Positions 1-9,556 of a stretch of 64,000 nt of DNA are shown in pieces. The stretch is from a virus. Its lineage: Duplodnaviria; Heunggongvirae; Uroviricota; Caudoviricetes. The first letter of the stretch is position 1. Each line of letters opens with the position of its first letter. Position numbers and translations under genes: made by a program. The stretch lies in IMG/VR virus record IMGVR_UViG_3300033148_004507. One strand, 5' to 3'. The notes under the pieces are model-generated. The model saw only the letters and a program-made list of their open reading frames with translations. It ran no database searches and was not told the DNA's origin.

Positions 1-3000
1 TATTTACAAGGGTGCGAACCAAGACGTGAACGGCTCTGACGGTTTCCGAGATAATTCATATATAACGGGCAGTGCGGGAGCCAGTACAGACCATTATCCG
101 TTCATGGACTGGCCGATTGTAGTTCAAAGAATAAACGCTGATGCGGGGACAGACGATATTGTATATCTAGGGATTCATACATTCGATGGCTCTGGCAGTA
201 ACATAGTAATTGGCAGTATCACAAACTATACCTGGACGTTCACGGACATCGTACCTCAGACTTTGTATGATGTCTCGCCAATATATGATTTTTCGAGCCT
301 TGGGGATTATAATATCATGCTTACAGTAACGGATGGGAATGGTAATTATTCCTTTGATAATGTGACAATTACGGTAGACGATATGATTACTAATGCGGGG
401 CCAGACCAAATTTCCAAGAGGCTTGTTACCTTTGACGGCTCTGGTTCGATGGACGATGGTTCTATACAGAACTATACATGGTCTTGTACAAACTATGTTG
501 GATTTACCGACCTTTGGGGCGTAAATCCATCCTTTGATTTCAATGTGTCTGGGATATATTATGTCATGCTAACATGTGAGGATGATATTGGAAATCTAGG
601 ATATGATAATATGACGGTTACTATTATTATCATATCGCCTGTAGCTGATATGGGCCTCGACCAATCGTGGCTTAGAGAAATACATACTCTCAATGGCTCT
701 AGCTCTTACGATTCAGATGGGGATATTATAAATTATACATGGACTTTCATAGATGTCATACCACAGATATTATATGGCATAAATCCTCAATATGATTTCA
801 CGAATTTAGGTAATTTTGAAATTACGCTGGAGATTACAGATAATGATTGGAGAGTGGATACTGATACGGCATGGTTCAATATAAGTAATCAATTACCTAT
901 GGCTGATGCTGGCCCAGACCAGAATACTAAAAGGCTTGTCACATTTGACGGTTCAGGCTCAGATGATTCGGATGGCTTGATAGCTAATTACACTTGGACT
1001 TTCACCTATGATAGTACTCCGCAGGAACTCTGGGGGGTTTCACCAGTATTCGATTTTAACGTGAGTGGTATATACGATGTGATGTTGACAGTTATGGATA
1101 ATGATGGAGCTATGGCTTTTGATAATGTGACCATTACAATATCCATCTCTCCACCTGTAGCCAATGCAGGCACAGACCAAGGAACCACGAAAGGAACCTA
1201 TGTATTTGATGGTTTGAGTTCAGACGACTCGGATGGTTCAATCGTTAACTACACTTGGACATTCAATTATGACGGCCCCATACAGGAGCTTTGGGGTGTC
1301 TCTCCATCATTCGATTTCGATATTGATGGTATTTATACGGTTATGTTAAAGGTGACGGATGATGATTGGAGGTCAGATTATGATAACATGTCGGTAATAA
1401 TAAATTACGTAAACCCGATAGCTAATGCTGGCATTGACCAGGATACAAAGAGGCTTGTGATATTTGACGGTTCAGGCTCAGACGACCCTGATGGATTGAT
1501 AGCCAATTATACATGGACATTTAATTATGACGGCACTCCACATGAGCTTTGGGGGGTTTCACCTATGTTCGACTTTAACATCAGTGGGGTTTATGGTGTG
1601 GTGTTAATGGTTACAGATGATAATAATCTTATAGATTTTGATGACGTGACAATCACGATAAATATCGTGGAACCCATAGCAAATGCAGGTCTTGACCAAT
1701 CTGGATTTAAGAGGCTGTATTCTCTTGATGGTTCAGGCTCTTCTGATTCGGATGGGTTAATAGTCAATTATACATGGTCATTCATATACGATGGAGTGCC
1801 ACGTACACTCTATGGAATAAATCCGTCCTTTGAATTCAATATAACAGGAGATTATGAGATTACTTTAAATGTAACTGATGATGATTGGAGATGTGATGAT
1901 GATGTTATGTGGGTTCATATAACGAATCTTAATCCAATCGCCGATGCAGGTATGGATTATACTACAAAGAGGCTTGTCACACTTGATGGCTCTGGTTCTT
2001 CAGACCCCGATGGCTGGATTACGAATTACACCTGGAATTTCACATATGATGGTTCATTTGTGGAATTGTGGGGTGAGAATCCTGTATTCGATTTCAATAT
2101 AGGTGGTCTGTACGTTATAGTGCTTACGGTCACAGACAACGATAATTCAACATCATTCCACATCATGAGGCTCACTATCGTGATTCAGACACCCGTTGCC
2201 GATGCAGGTTTAGACCAGGTAGGGTATAAAAGAGAGTATTGGTTGAGTGGTTCAAGCTCATATGACTCTGACGGAATAATTGCGAACTACACCTGGAATT
2301 TCACATACGATGGCTCTCCTGTTGTGCTTGTGGGTATGAGTCCATCTTTCATCTTTAATATAACAGGAACTTATGAAATCACTCTAAATGTAACAGATGA
2401 TGATGGTAGGTATGCTACTGATACTATATTGATTGGTGTTAATAACAAGCTACCTGTTGCTGATGCGGGGCCAGATAGAATTGCGAAGCGTTTTGTAGCA
2501 TTTGATGGTTCAGGCTCTTCCGATTCAGACGGTTCAATAGCAAACTATACTTGGATATTCACATTTGATGGTATGCAGAGGGTACTGTGGGGTATAAGCC
2601 CAATCTTTGATTTCAACATCGGTGGCGTGTATGCTATTACATTACAAGTCACAGATGATGATGGTGATATAAGTGTGGATAGTTCAAAGATAACAACTAA
2701 TATATTATTCCCTTCAGCCAATGCAGGAATTAATCAAACGGGATTCAGTGGCGTGTATTGCCTAAACGGTTCTCTATCGTCAGACCTTGACGGTGTTATT
2801 GTAAATTATACATGGACATTCGATGATGGTGGGGGCAGGGTTCTGTTTGGCATATATCCTCAATACGATTTCCATAACACAGGGAGTCATGAGATTACAT
2901 TAGTTGTCAGAGATGACGATGCCAGGATGTCTGTGGACACGGTATATGTAGATATAATCGATAGGGGATACCCAATTGCTGATGCAGGTCTTAATCAGAC

Positions 3001-3382
3001 AACGAATGGTGTTGCTGTACTGGATGGTACGGGGTCAATAGATTCGGATGGCTCGATAATAAATTATACTTGGGAATTCACATATAATGGAAGCCAGGTT
3101 AACTTATGGGGCATTGCACCTCAGTTCAATTTCGCTATTGACGGCACTTACGATGTTGTACTGACTGTCACAGACAATGATGAACTAATTGGAATTGGCA
3201 ACGTAACCATAACAGCCAATAGCATGATTCCCGATGGTGGTGGGGATGGTGGCGATGGGGATGGCAACACAACGAATACAATTGATAAAACAACCCTGTT
3301 GGCGATATTCGTAATAGTGGTATTGGGTATTCTGGTATTGTTCATAGCCATGAGGAGAAGTGAGGCACGAATGTTGGATTGA
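1..3382 (+). CDS. PKD-repeat cell-surface protein, 5' partial (frame open to window edge), C-terminal TM anchor
   Basis: 1118-aa ORF; ~12 tandem ~86-aa modules each with DGSGSxDxDGxIxNYTWxF...VTDxD signature (PKD/Ig-like); Gly/Asp-rich linker then hydrophobic helix LLAIFVIVVLGILVLFIAM + RR tail; no N-terminal signal peptide at GTG26 so true start likely upstream. Confidence 0.8.
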   Translation, partial: IYKGANQDVNGSDGFRDNSYITGSAGASTDHYPFMDWPIVVQRINADAGTDDIVYLGIHTFDGSGSNIVIGSITNYTWTFTDIVPQTLYDVSPIYDFSSLGDYNIMLTVTDGNGNYSFDNVTITVDDMITNAGPDQISKRLVTFDGSGSMDDGSIQNYTWSCTNYVGFTDLWGVNPSFDFNVSGIYYVMLTCEDDIGNLGYDNMTVTIIIISPVADMGLDQSWLREIHTLNGSSSYDSDGDIINYTWTFIDVIPQILYGINPQYDFTNLGNFEITLEITDNDWRVDTDTAWFNISNQLPMADAGPDQNTKRLVTFDGSGSDDSDGLIANYTWTFTYDSTPQELWGVSPVFDFNVSGIYDVMLTVMDNDGAMAFDNVTITISISPPVANAGTDQGTTKGTYVFDGLSSDDSDGSIVNYTWTFNYDGPIQELWGVSPSFDFDIDGIYTVMLKVTDDDWRSDYDNMSVIINYVNPIANAGIDQDTKRLVIFDGSGSDDPDGLIANYTWTFNYDGTPHELWGVSPMFDFNISGVYGVVLMVTDDNNLIDFDDVTITINIVEPIANAGLDQSGFKRLYSLDGSGSSDSDGLIVNYTWSFIYDGVPRTLYGINPSFEFNITGDYEITLNVTDDDWRCDDDVMWVHITNLNPIADAGMDYTTKRLVTLDGSGSSDPDGWITNYTWNFTYDGSFVELWGENPVFDFNIGGLYVIVLTVTDNDNSTSFHIMRLTIVIQTPVADAGLDQVGYKREYWLSGSSSYDSDGIIANYTWNFTYDGSPVVLVGMSPSFIFNITGTYEITLNVTDDDGRYATDTILIGVNNKLPVADAGPDRIAKRFVAFDGSGSSDSDGSIANYTWIFTFDGMQRVLWGISPIFDFNIGGVYAITLQVTDDDGDISVDSSKITTNILFPSANAGINQTGFSGVYCLNGSLSSDLDGVIVNYTWTFDDGGGRVLFGIYPQYDFHNTGSHEITLVVRDDDARMSVDTVYVDIIDRGYPIADAGLNQTTNGVAVLDGTGSIDSDGSIINYTWEFTYNGSQVNLWGIAPQFNFAIDGTYDVVLTVTDNDELIGIGNVTITANSMIPDGGGDGGDGDGNTTNTIDKTTLLAIFVIVVLGILVLFIAMRRSEARMLD
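390..3230 (+). repeat. in-frame tandem DNA repeats, period ~258 bp, ~11 full units (PKD modules)
   Basis: P[IV]A[DN]AGxDQ ... NYTW ... VTDDD blocks recur at ~258-bp spacing (approx. 397, 643, 900, 1156, 1417, 1675, 1935, 2195, 2455, 2713, 2975). Confidence 0.7.
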
Positions 3383-3388
3383 TAAAAT

Positions 3389-3415
3389 GAGCAAAAACTA
3401 TTTGAGTATAATGGA
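3389..3415 (+). promoter_or_regulatory. BRE/TATA-like promoter variant (GCAAAAACTATTTGAGTATAAT)
   Basis: resembles the recurring GCAAAACTATTTATACT cassette; ~15-40 nt upstream of ATG 3428. Confidence 0.4.
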
Positions 3416-3427
3416 GTATTGAGAAGT

Positions 3428-3760
3428 ATGAAATCTAAAATATTAATCTGGGCGACTGTGGTGGCATCTGTATTTATAATATCGGTGATGCTCCTTCCCG
3501 CAGTCTTAGCAGACCCTACAAATGAAACGGCTGATGTAAATATTACAGACGATGATGATGATTGGTATGATTCGCAATGGGGTGGTGACACTGGCAATGA
3601 TGAATATACGGAGCCGATTGTAGATAATGGGACAAGGAGTGAGCCTGGGTTTTTCGATGACATCTGCGGGTCAACCTTCTGCACTACTTCATTTTTAGGT
3701 GCAGTCTGTATTCCCACATACTATATTCAGAGGAAGAAAAAGAAGGAGAGTAAGCTGTGA
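3428..3760 (+). CDS. small secreted acidic protein (signal peptide)
   Basis: N-terminal hydrophobic signal KILIWATVVASVFIISVMLLPAVLA; ATG 3428 in-frame within track ORF 3419..3760. Confidence 0.55.
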   Translation: MKSKILIWATVVASVFIISVMLLPAVLADPTNETADVNITDDDDDWYDSQWGGDTGNDEYTEPIVDNGTRSEPGFFDDICGSTFCTTSFLGAVCIPTYYIQRKKKKESKL

Positions 3761-4905
3761 GAAAACTCGCCCTGGTCTTAGTAGTTCTTCTAACAATCAA
3801 TCTATTTGCAGGTTTCGCTATGGCCGAGGAGGTCACTGTTAAATCCATATCTCCAAGCCCTTATTATGATAGCCAACCAAAGGTCTGGGGGGATTATGTG
3901 GTTTGGAGGAGGGCAATCAATCAGAATGCTAATGAATACATTGAACTCAAAGAGCCAAGTTGGATAATGATTCATGATTTAACTACTGGTGATACGTGGA
4001 ACATCACTCCAGCAGACACTCAAATCAGTGGCGAGGTTTATCATCACGCTCAATCTCCTGACATATCTAATGGGAAGGTAGTGTACGAAGCCCAGACTGG
4101 TCTGAATTCATTCGACACGGCATTATTCATATACAACATATCTTCAAAGATGACTTGGGAATTGCCGATATTATCTACTGCTTATGCTCATGGGCATTTG
4201 CATTGCATATCTGGTGATTGGGTTGCTTACACCGACATCCAGAACGGTTCACGGCAAGCTTATCTTTATAATTATCAGGATAGAATTTACAGGACAATCA
4301 TGGGTGTAAATAGTGGCAACTCAACTTATGGGATGGTCATGTCAAACAACTATGTGGTGTTGACCGTGAAGAACGAATCGGGTGCGTATGGTATCATCAC
4401 ATACGGTATCGGTACAGGCAAGACTGGTTACATAACAATAGAGGGTGCAGGGGTGTTGATGGCAACCTCTGTCTATAACAGCAAGGTCGGTATAATATCC
4501 AAGCAGGTCGGCGAAGCGGAGTGGTCTGCACAAATATATGTCATCGGGACGGGGTTCATAGATTCTTTTAATGCAAATGGCATATTGGTATGGGATGAGC
4601 AAGTCGCATATTATAACGGTCACAACATATATCTCATGCAGGACGATGCTGATGGTTGGGTAATCATATACGGCCAAAATCAGAGATTAGGTGACTTATA
4701 TAAAAATACGGTTGTCTGGTCTGACAATGAGAATAGCGAGGCACTGTACGGGGATGCCAGAGATGACTACGACATATATATAAGGACAGTAATTACAGAC
4801 GAGGAGATATTTATCGATAGGATGACAATCGTGGGAGTTATTGTGGTAATAATACTTATCGCAATTTTATTAAGAGTAAAGATGTACTCTGGGAATGAGA
4901 AATGA
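3757..4905 (+). CDS. secreted protein with signal peptide and C-terminal TM anchor
   Basis: 382 aa; N-term LALVLVVLLTINLFAGFAMA, C-term IVGVIVVIILIAILLRV; start overlaps upstream stop. Confidence 0.6.
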   Translation: MRKLALVLVVLLTINLFAGFAMAEEVTVKSISPSPYYDSQPKVWGDYVVWRRAINQNANEYIELKEPSWIMIHDLTTGDTWNITPADTQISGEVYHHAQSPDISNGKVVYEAQTGLNSFDTALFIYNISSKMTWELPILSTAYAHGHLHCISGDWVAYTDIQNGSRQAYLYNYQDRIYRTIMGVNSGNSTYGMVMSNNYVVLTVKNESGAYGIITYGIGTGKTGYITIEGAGVLMATSVYNSKVGIISKQVGEAEWSAQIYVIGTGFIDSFNANGILVWDEQVAYYNGHNIYLMQDDADGWVIIYGQNQRLGDLYKNTVVWSDNENSEALYGDARDDYDIYIRTVITDEEIFIDRMTIVGVIVVIILIAILLRVKMYSGNEK

Positions 4906-5636
4906 GCATACTCCGAGATGATTCTAAAACTCATGTATACGAGGATGAGATTAAATACATCCCGAAGAGAATTATCATCAAGAAAGACGATTTATGGGCT
5001 GTAGATTACATCTGGACACGGCCAGAAACATTGAGCAAGAAGGCCACTCGTATTGATGTGGACAGGAGTGTATTGCAGAAGCTCATGGATGTGATGACTG
5101 TCGGTGAGAAGTTAGCTCCTCCAGTGATTTACTTTGACATTAATAAAGGTAGAATTAAAATCAAACACGGCCATCATAAAATAAGAGTTGCAAAATCTCT
5201 AAATATTAAACACATCCCGATTTTAATACTCAACATGAAAGATGGCAAGCCAATAAACCCGTCAGAGGTTGCTCCGAAAGATAGGTATTGGAAGTACGTT
5301 GCATTTGGCGATTATGAGATGGATACACCAGAGAACATATTATTGGATGAGCAGGTCGAGGAGTGGGAGTCCAAGCCAGACTTGATTACCATTAAACAAT
5401 TGATGGCTAATGATGAGTGGCAAAAGGTTATGGGGGTCATGCATGGTCGTTGGAAGATGCATCCTGGGAACAATATTCGAATTTTAAGAAAGTATCTTGA
5501 TGGTGGGCGAGATAGATTGAAGGTCTTGAGGGTGCATATTTATCTAACTGGCATTGGTTTCAAGAACGGTACAATTCAACATTGGAAGATTGATGAATTG
5601 GTGTCTGAGCTTGAGAAGGTAATCTCATCGAAATAG
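4902..5636 (+). CDS. ParB/Sulfiredoxin-like nuclease-domain protein
   Basis: PPVIYFDINKGRIKIKHGHHKIRVAKSLNIKHIPI matches ParBc/Srx core (DGHHR-type motif followed by IP). Confidence 0.55.
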   Translation: MSILRDDSKTHVYEDEIKYIPKRIIIKKDDLWAVDYIWTRPETLSKKATRIDVDRSVLQKLMDVMTVGEKLAPPVIYFDINKGRIKIKHGHHKIRVAKSLNIKHIPILILNMKDGKPINPSEVAPKDRYWKYVAFGDYEMDTPENILLDEQVEEWESKPDLITIKQLMANDEWQKVMGVMHGRWKMHPGNNIRILRKYLDGGRDRLKVLRVHIYLTGIGFKNGTIQHWKIDELVSELEKVISSK

Positions 5637-5666
5637 TTTTATATAAAGACTACATACATACCACCT

Positions 5667-5813
5667 ATGGTAGCAGAAGAGGGTGGCGTAAAACTAAAAT
5701 GTCCACGGAAATTGTGTTTGCACGTTTGGACGTTTCGGGGTAAAGCAAAGTTCTACACATCATGCCCAATTTGTAAGACATCAGTAAGGGTTAATCAGGA
5801 GAGGGTAGGATGA
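5667..5813 (+). CDS. 48-aa zinc-ribbon protein (not in ORF track)
   Basis: ATG 5667...TGA 5811-5813, frame-checked; CPRKLC ... CPICK; TTTTATATAAAG TATA-like box at 5637; stop overlaps HNH start (ATGA). Confidence 0.45.
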   Translation: MVAEEGGVKLKCPRKLCLHVWTFRGKAKFYTSCPICKTSVRVNQERVG

Positions 5814-6223
5814 AAAGGGGGTCGGCCCAATATAAAAAATGGCGAGAATCTGTGTTGATTAGGGATGAATATACTTGTCAACATTGTGGATTTAAACCTC
5901 ATATCTTAGATATTGGTATCGTTGCTCACCATATATTAAATTATAAAACTTACCCTCTATACAGGTATGACTTGAATAATGGGTTAACATTATGTCATAA
6001 ATGTCATAGGAGACAACACCCAACCTGTATGGGTTCTAAATTTATTCTATATAAAAAAGTTATTGAATTTAAGAATGGCAAATGTGGTGTAGATGTACCG
6101 TTGCATTGGGCGGGAAGAAAGATATTGGTGTATAAAGTAGGTAAATATGGTTTAACTCTACCTACAAAAGATGAATGTATAATGATAGATTGCGGAGATA
6201 GTTATCTGGAAGGTGTGGAATGA
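5810..6223 (+). CDS. HNH endonuclease
   Basis: CQHCG...VAHHI...NNGLTLCHKCH: CxxC-HH-N-CxxCH HNH signature. Confidence 0.8.
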   Translation: MKRGSAQYKKWRESVLIRDEYTCQHCGFKPHILDIGIVAHHILNYKTYPLYRYDLNNGLTLCHKCHRRQHPTCMGSKFILYKKVIEFKNGKCGVDVPLHWAGRKILVYKVGKYGLTLPTKDECIMIDCGDSYLEGVE

Positions 6224-6957
6224 TGAAAATCGATACCAAGATAACTAAAATCATCAAGGATTCTGAGGTCATCAGCATCACCAATGTCGGTAGCCACTTA
6301 TGGGGTATGAACCACGAAAACAGTGATGTAGATTATGGTCTTATCTACGTGGCCCCAAGTAGAAACATATTGCGTGGCAATGCCTTCACAGAATCTAAGC
6401 AGGTTGAAATAGGTAATAATGATTGGACAATCCATGAGCTTGGAAAGACTGTGAACATGCTAATGAAAGGCAATGTAAACTATGTCTGGATTGTAACATC
6501 GCCGTTGTCTTTACTATCTACTCTTTATATCGAAGAATTAAAAAAATTATATTTGAATAATATGTCTGCTAACATTTATCACAATATCAAAGGATTGGCA
6601 AAACACAATTACAAGAAATATTTGGTTGAGGGGAGGCTAGCTGATGGTGAACCATATTCGAATCTTGATAAGAAACGAAAGATAATCATTCGCACTCTTA
6701 AATTCGGTATTAATCTACTGGATGGTAATGGGATAATATATGAGCCAGTGGAGGGCGAAGTTAACGATAATCTAGTTAGACAATTCATGGATAATCTGGA
6801 AAATGCATATGAGCATACATCATTGCCAGAGAATCCAGACCGTGAAAAATATTATGATTATTTGGAAGATGTAAGAAGATACTTGTGTCAGCGACCACTC
6901 CGTGACTGGCATTGGTCAGGAGATGACTCTGAGAACTCAGACTCATGCGTTGATTAG
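6220..6957 (+). CDS. Pol-beta superfamily nucleotidyltransferase (minimal-NTase/KNTase-like, 245 aa); last ~25 codons lie inside the IscB-element left end
   Basis: GSHLWGMNHENSDVDYG = GSx9-11DxD NTase motif; size and helical C-terminal half resemble KNTase-type enzymes. Confidence 0.6.
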   Translation: MMKIDTKITKIIKDSEVISITNVGSHLWGMNHENSDVDYGLIYVAPSRNILRGNAFTESKQVEIGNNDWTIHELGKTVNMLMKGNVNYVWIVTSPLSLLSTLYIEELKKLYLNNMSANIYHNIKGLAKHNYKKYLVEGRLADGEPYSNLDKKRKIIIRTLKFGINLLDGNGIIYEPVEGEVNDNLVRQFMDNLENAYEHTSLPENPDREKYYDYLEDVRRYLCQRPLRDWHWSGDDSENSDSCVD

Positions 6958-8339
6958 GAGGCGACAAGAAACATGAAAACTATGCAAAAGTTAGAAGGGC
7001 GAGATACATACACACCTACGGATGCTCCACAAGTCCGTAGCCACTGTGATTCTGTGATTAAACATGACTGCGAGGTAGGTGAAGTGTTACAGGATTTAAA
7101 AACCCTTTCTAACAACTCCGATGTGGACTTACTCCAGCATACAGGAGGGCTTAAGGCCACTGTGTATGCATATGTGCTAAACAAGAACGGGAAACCACTG
7201 ATGCCCTGCAAGCCTGCCAAAGCAAGGCATTTGTTGAAGGAAGGCAGGGCAGAGGTGGTCAATAGGACTCCCTTCACGATTCGCTTATTATGGGATTGTG
7301 AAGATAATGTGAAACCAATAACACTTGGCATCGATGCTGGATATGGCAAAGTTGGTTTTAGTGCCGTATCTGATAAGAAAGAATTGGTGTCTGGGGAACT
7401 GACTTTAAGGAAAGGCATCTCCAAACTGATAGAGCAGAGAAGTAACTATAGAAGGACACGAAGGAACAAACTCTGGCATCGGCCACCTAGATTCCTTAAC
7501 AGAGCTAAACATAAAGGCTGGCTTGCACCTAGCATCCAACACAAGCTTGACAGCCATGTAAGACTTATCGAACAGATGAAATCAATCTTGCCGATAACAA
7601 ATGTTATTGTCGAGGTTGCGAATTTTGACATCCAGAAGATAAAGAATCCAGACATTAAAGGAGTCGAATACCAACAAGGGGAGCAGATGGGCTTTTGGAA
7701 TGTTGGAATGTTCGAGAGTATGTCTTACACAGAGACAACCATACTTGTCAGCACTGTAAGGGTAAAAAGAAAGATAAGATATTACAGGTGCATCACATCA
7801 ATAGCAAGAAAGAGGGTGCTACAGATAGGCCAGAAGAGTTATTGACAGTCTGTAAGACCTGCCATGATGGGCATCATGATGGTATCGATATAATACCAAT
7901 GAAGGAAATCAAGAACTTCAAGCCAGAGACTTTCATGACGATGGTTCACTGGAAGCTCACAGAATTATTGGATTGTGAACACACGTTTGGTTATATCACA
8001 AAAACCAATAGAATTAAGCAAGGTCTTGAAAAGAGCCATGTCAATGATGCATTTATCATTGCGGGTGGGGCAAAGCAGGAACGGTGCTTGCCACATGATG
8101 TCAAGCAAGTAAGACGAAACAATAGGTCAATACAGATGAATCGAAAGGGTTACAAGCTAGCAATAAGAAGAAAAAGATATAAATTACAACCAAATGATTT
8201 AGTAAGGTTTGAGAGGGTCAAACGCCGAGTCAAAGGAGTACACTGTTATGGTTCAAGAGCAATATTAGATAATAAGAAATCAGTTGCAATAACTAAAATA
8301 AAGTTGATATGCTATGGTAAGGGGATATGTTATGTGTAA
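6880..8339 (+). mobile_element. IS200/IS605-type non-autonomous element carrying iscB (copy 1); left boundary approximate
   Basis: ~95 nt upstream of ATG 6973 (TCAxCGACCAC ... TCTGAGxAxTCAGACTxxTGCGTTGATTAGGAGGC) plus the entire ORF are repeated at 13230..14553; homology ends exactly at the stop codons; no tnpA present. Confidence 0.7.
6973..8339 (+). pseudogene. iscB: IscB (OMEGA RNA-guided nuclease, Cas9 ancestor), frameshifted by an 8-bp tandem duplication
   Basis: PLMP domain (NGKPLMPCKPAKARHL); RuvC-I ITLGIDAGYGKVGFSAV; Arg-rich bridge helix RSNYRRTRRNKLWHRPPRF; RuvC-II ITNVIVEVANFD; HNH CQHCKGK...QVHHIN...CKTCHDGHH; RuvC-III HVNDAFIIAGG. TGGAATGT duplicated at 7696-7703/7704-7711 splits the ORF into 6973..7845 and 7695..8339; removing one copy restores ...FWNVREYVLHRDNHTCQHC... 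in frame. Confidence 0.85.
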
Positions 8340-8454
8340 TAATAAGAAAGAAAATATAGAATGCCAAATTCCTCTCTCACCTAACTCAAAAGAGTTCAGG
8401 TCAGAGTATCCTTTGGAGGAATTAGAAAACAAAGATAAATAGGAGATGAATTAA

Positions 8455-8961
8455 ATGTTGAATAGAACAATGAATTTTAATATACCGAACAGGGTGTGCG
8501 AGTATCTTGATGAGCCAAGAGACTGTATCTATAAGGGTAGAGAGAATATACACACCTGTTGCCAGGAAGAGTGTCCCTTGATGGTATTGTCTATGAGAGA
8601 AGGCAATTATATCCGAGAAGTTGGAGTTCTCGGCGGTAGGCTAAGAGAACAAGCTAATAAGATGGGGTTGAAAGAAACGGATTTGGTTTATATAGTGACA
8701 TCATCGACTTCAGGCAATCCGCTTCCTATATATGAATTGGAAAAGGTAGATGGTAGCCCATCAGAGTTTTTGGAGAAGAAGGTATTAGAAACATCGAAGG
8801 CAAAATTATCTCCAGAGGAGAAAAGAAAAAGGGCAATTGCCTTTACAAAAGTTATTGATGATATAATCAATGACCCTGATTTCGAGGATAAGCTTGACCA
8901 AATGCCAAGAGATATGTTCGAGATTTCAGAAGAAGAATTGAAAAGAAGATTTACAATGTAG
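8455..8961 (+). CDS. hypothetical protein (Cys-rich N-term)
   Basis: 168-aa ORF in same-strand array; CQEECPLM. Confidence 0.5.
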   Translation: MLNRTMNFNIPNRVCEYLDEPRDCIYKGRENIHTCCQEECPLMVLSMREGNYIREVGVLGGRLREQANKMGLKETDLVYIVTSSTSGNPLPIYELEKVDGSPSEFLEKKVLETSKAKLSPEEKRKRAIAFTKVIDDIINDPDFEDKLDQMPRDMFEISEEELKRRFTM

Positions 8962-8972
8962 GTGATGAAAAA

Positions 8973-9263
8973 ATGGGCAAGCCAAGTTTGAAGCAGATTG
9001 TGGTCAAAACAATCGGGGATTATGTTGAGATAGAGCAACACGTCAAGGAAAGCATGGCTAATGAGGTGGTTCAAGCTTGCCAGAAATTCCACAACTTCCC
9101 ACCAGTGGAACCATCGCCTAAAGAAGCTCCAGAGGGTGATGAGGATGTGAAAGTCTGTACTCGTTGCCAGGGTAGATTAAAAATGTCTGAAGCAATATTG
9201 GATGCCTATATATGCTCAGTCTGTGGGCAGTATTACAAGGCTGAAGATGTGGAGGATGTCTGA
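8973..9263 (+). CDS. zinc-ribbon protein
   Basis: CTRCQGRLK ... CSVCGQYY. Confidence 0.55.
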   Translation: MGKPSLKQIVVKTIGDYVEIEQHVKESMANEVVQACQKFHNFPPVEPSPKEAPEGDEDVKVCTRCQGRLKMSEAILDAYICSVCGQYYKAEDVEDV

Positions 9264-9264
9264 T

Positions 9265-9555
9265 ATGGATAAAATTAGCAAGAGAACGCAGGTATTGATG
9301 GCTATTAGAGAATTCGAGTTATCTGAGGGCCGTGGAATAGGATTTAATGAACTGGTTGAATATATGGACTTAGACAGAGCATCAATATCACTATCTTTGG
9401 ATTTTCTTGACGATATATGGCTCATTCATCAGATTGATTCAAAGTCTGAATTAATTGTTGGCACATGGGGGAAGTTAATATCGACAAGGGTGGACAAGCA
9501 GGCATTCATAGACGACAGCATAAGAAAGATTAAAGATGATGTGGGGGATGAATAA
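9265..9555 (+). CDS. putative winged-helix DNA-binding protein
   Basis: ATG 9265 in-frame in track ORF 9202..9555; QVLMAIREFELSEGRGIGFNELVEYMDL resembles MarR/ArsR-type wHTH. Confidence 0.45.
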   Translation: MDKISKRTQVLMAIREFELSEGRGIGFNELVEYMDLDRASISLSLDFLDDIWLIHQIDSKSELIVGTWGKLISTRVDKQAFIDDSIRKIKDDVGDE

Positions 9556-9556
9556 T

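Noticed and set aside
3240-3275. GGTGGTGGGGATGGTGGCGATGGGGATGGC low-complexity stretch, considered as a possible simple-sequence repeat element
   Set aside because: It encodes the Gly/Asp linker (DGGGDGGDGDG) between the last PKD module and the membrane anchor. It is part of the gene.
5810-6957. HNH + nucleotidyltransferase as a minimal CBASS (CD-NTase + HNH effector)
   Set aside because: The HNH protein is only 137 aa with no room for a SAVED or other sensor domain. The NTase motif fits generic MNT/KNTase enzymes as well as cyclases. There is no supporting Cap-like gene.
6973-8339. The split IscB could be a programmed frameshift or a natural two-gene arrangement
   Set aside because: The two copies are broken at the same site by different lesions (an 8-bp duplication versus a 139-bp deletion). 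That argues for decay rather than a conserved recoding signal.
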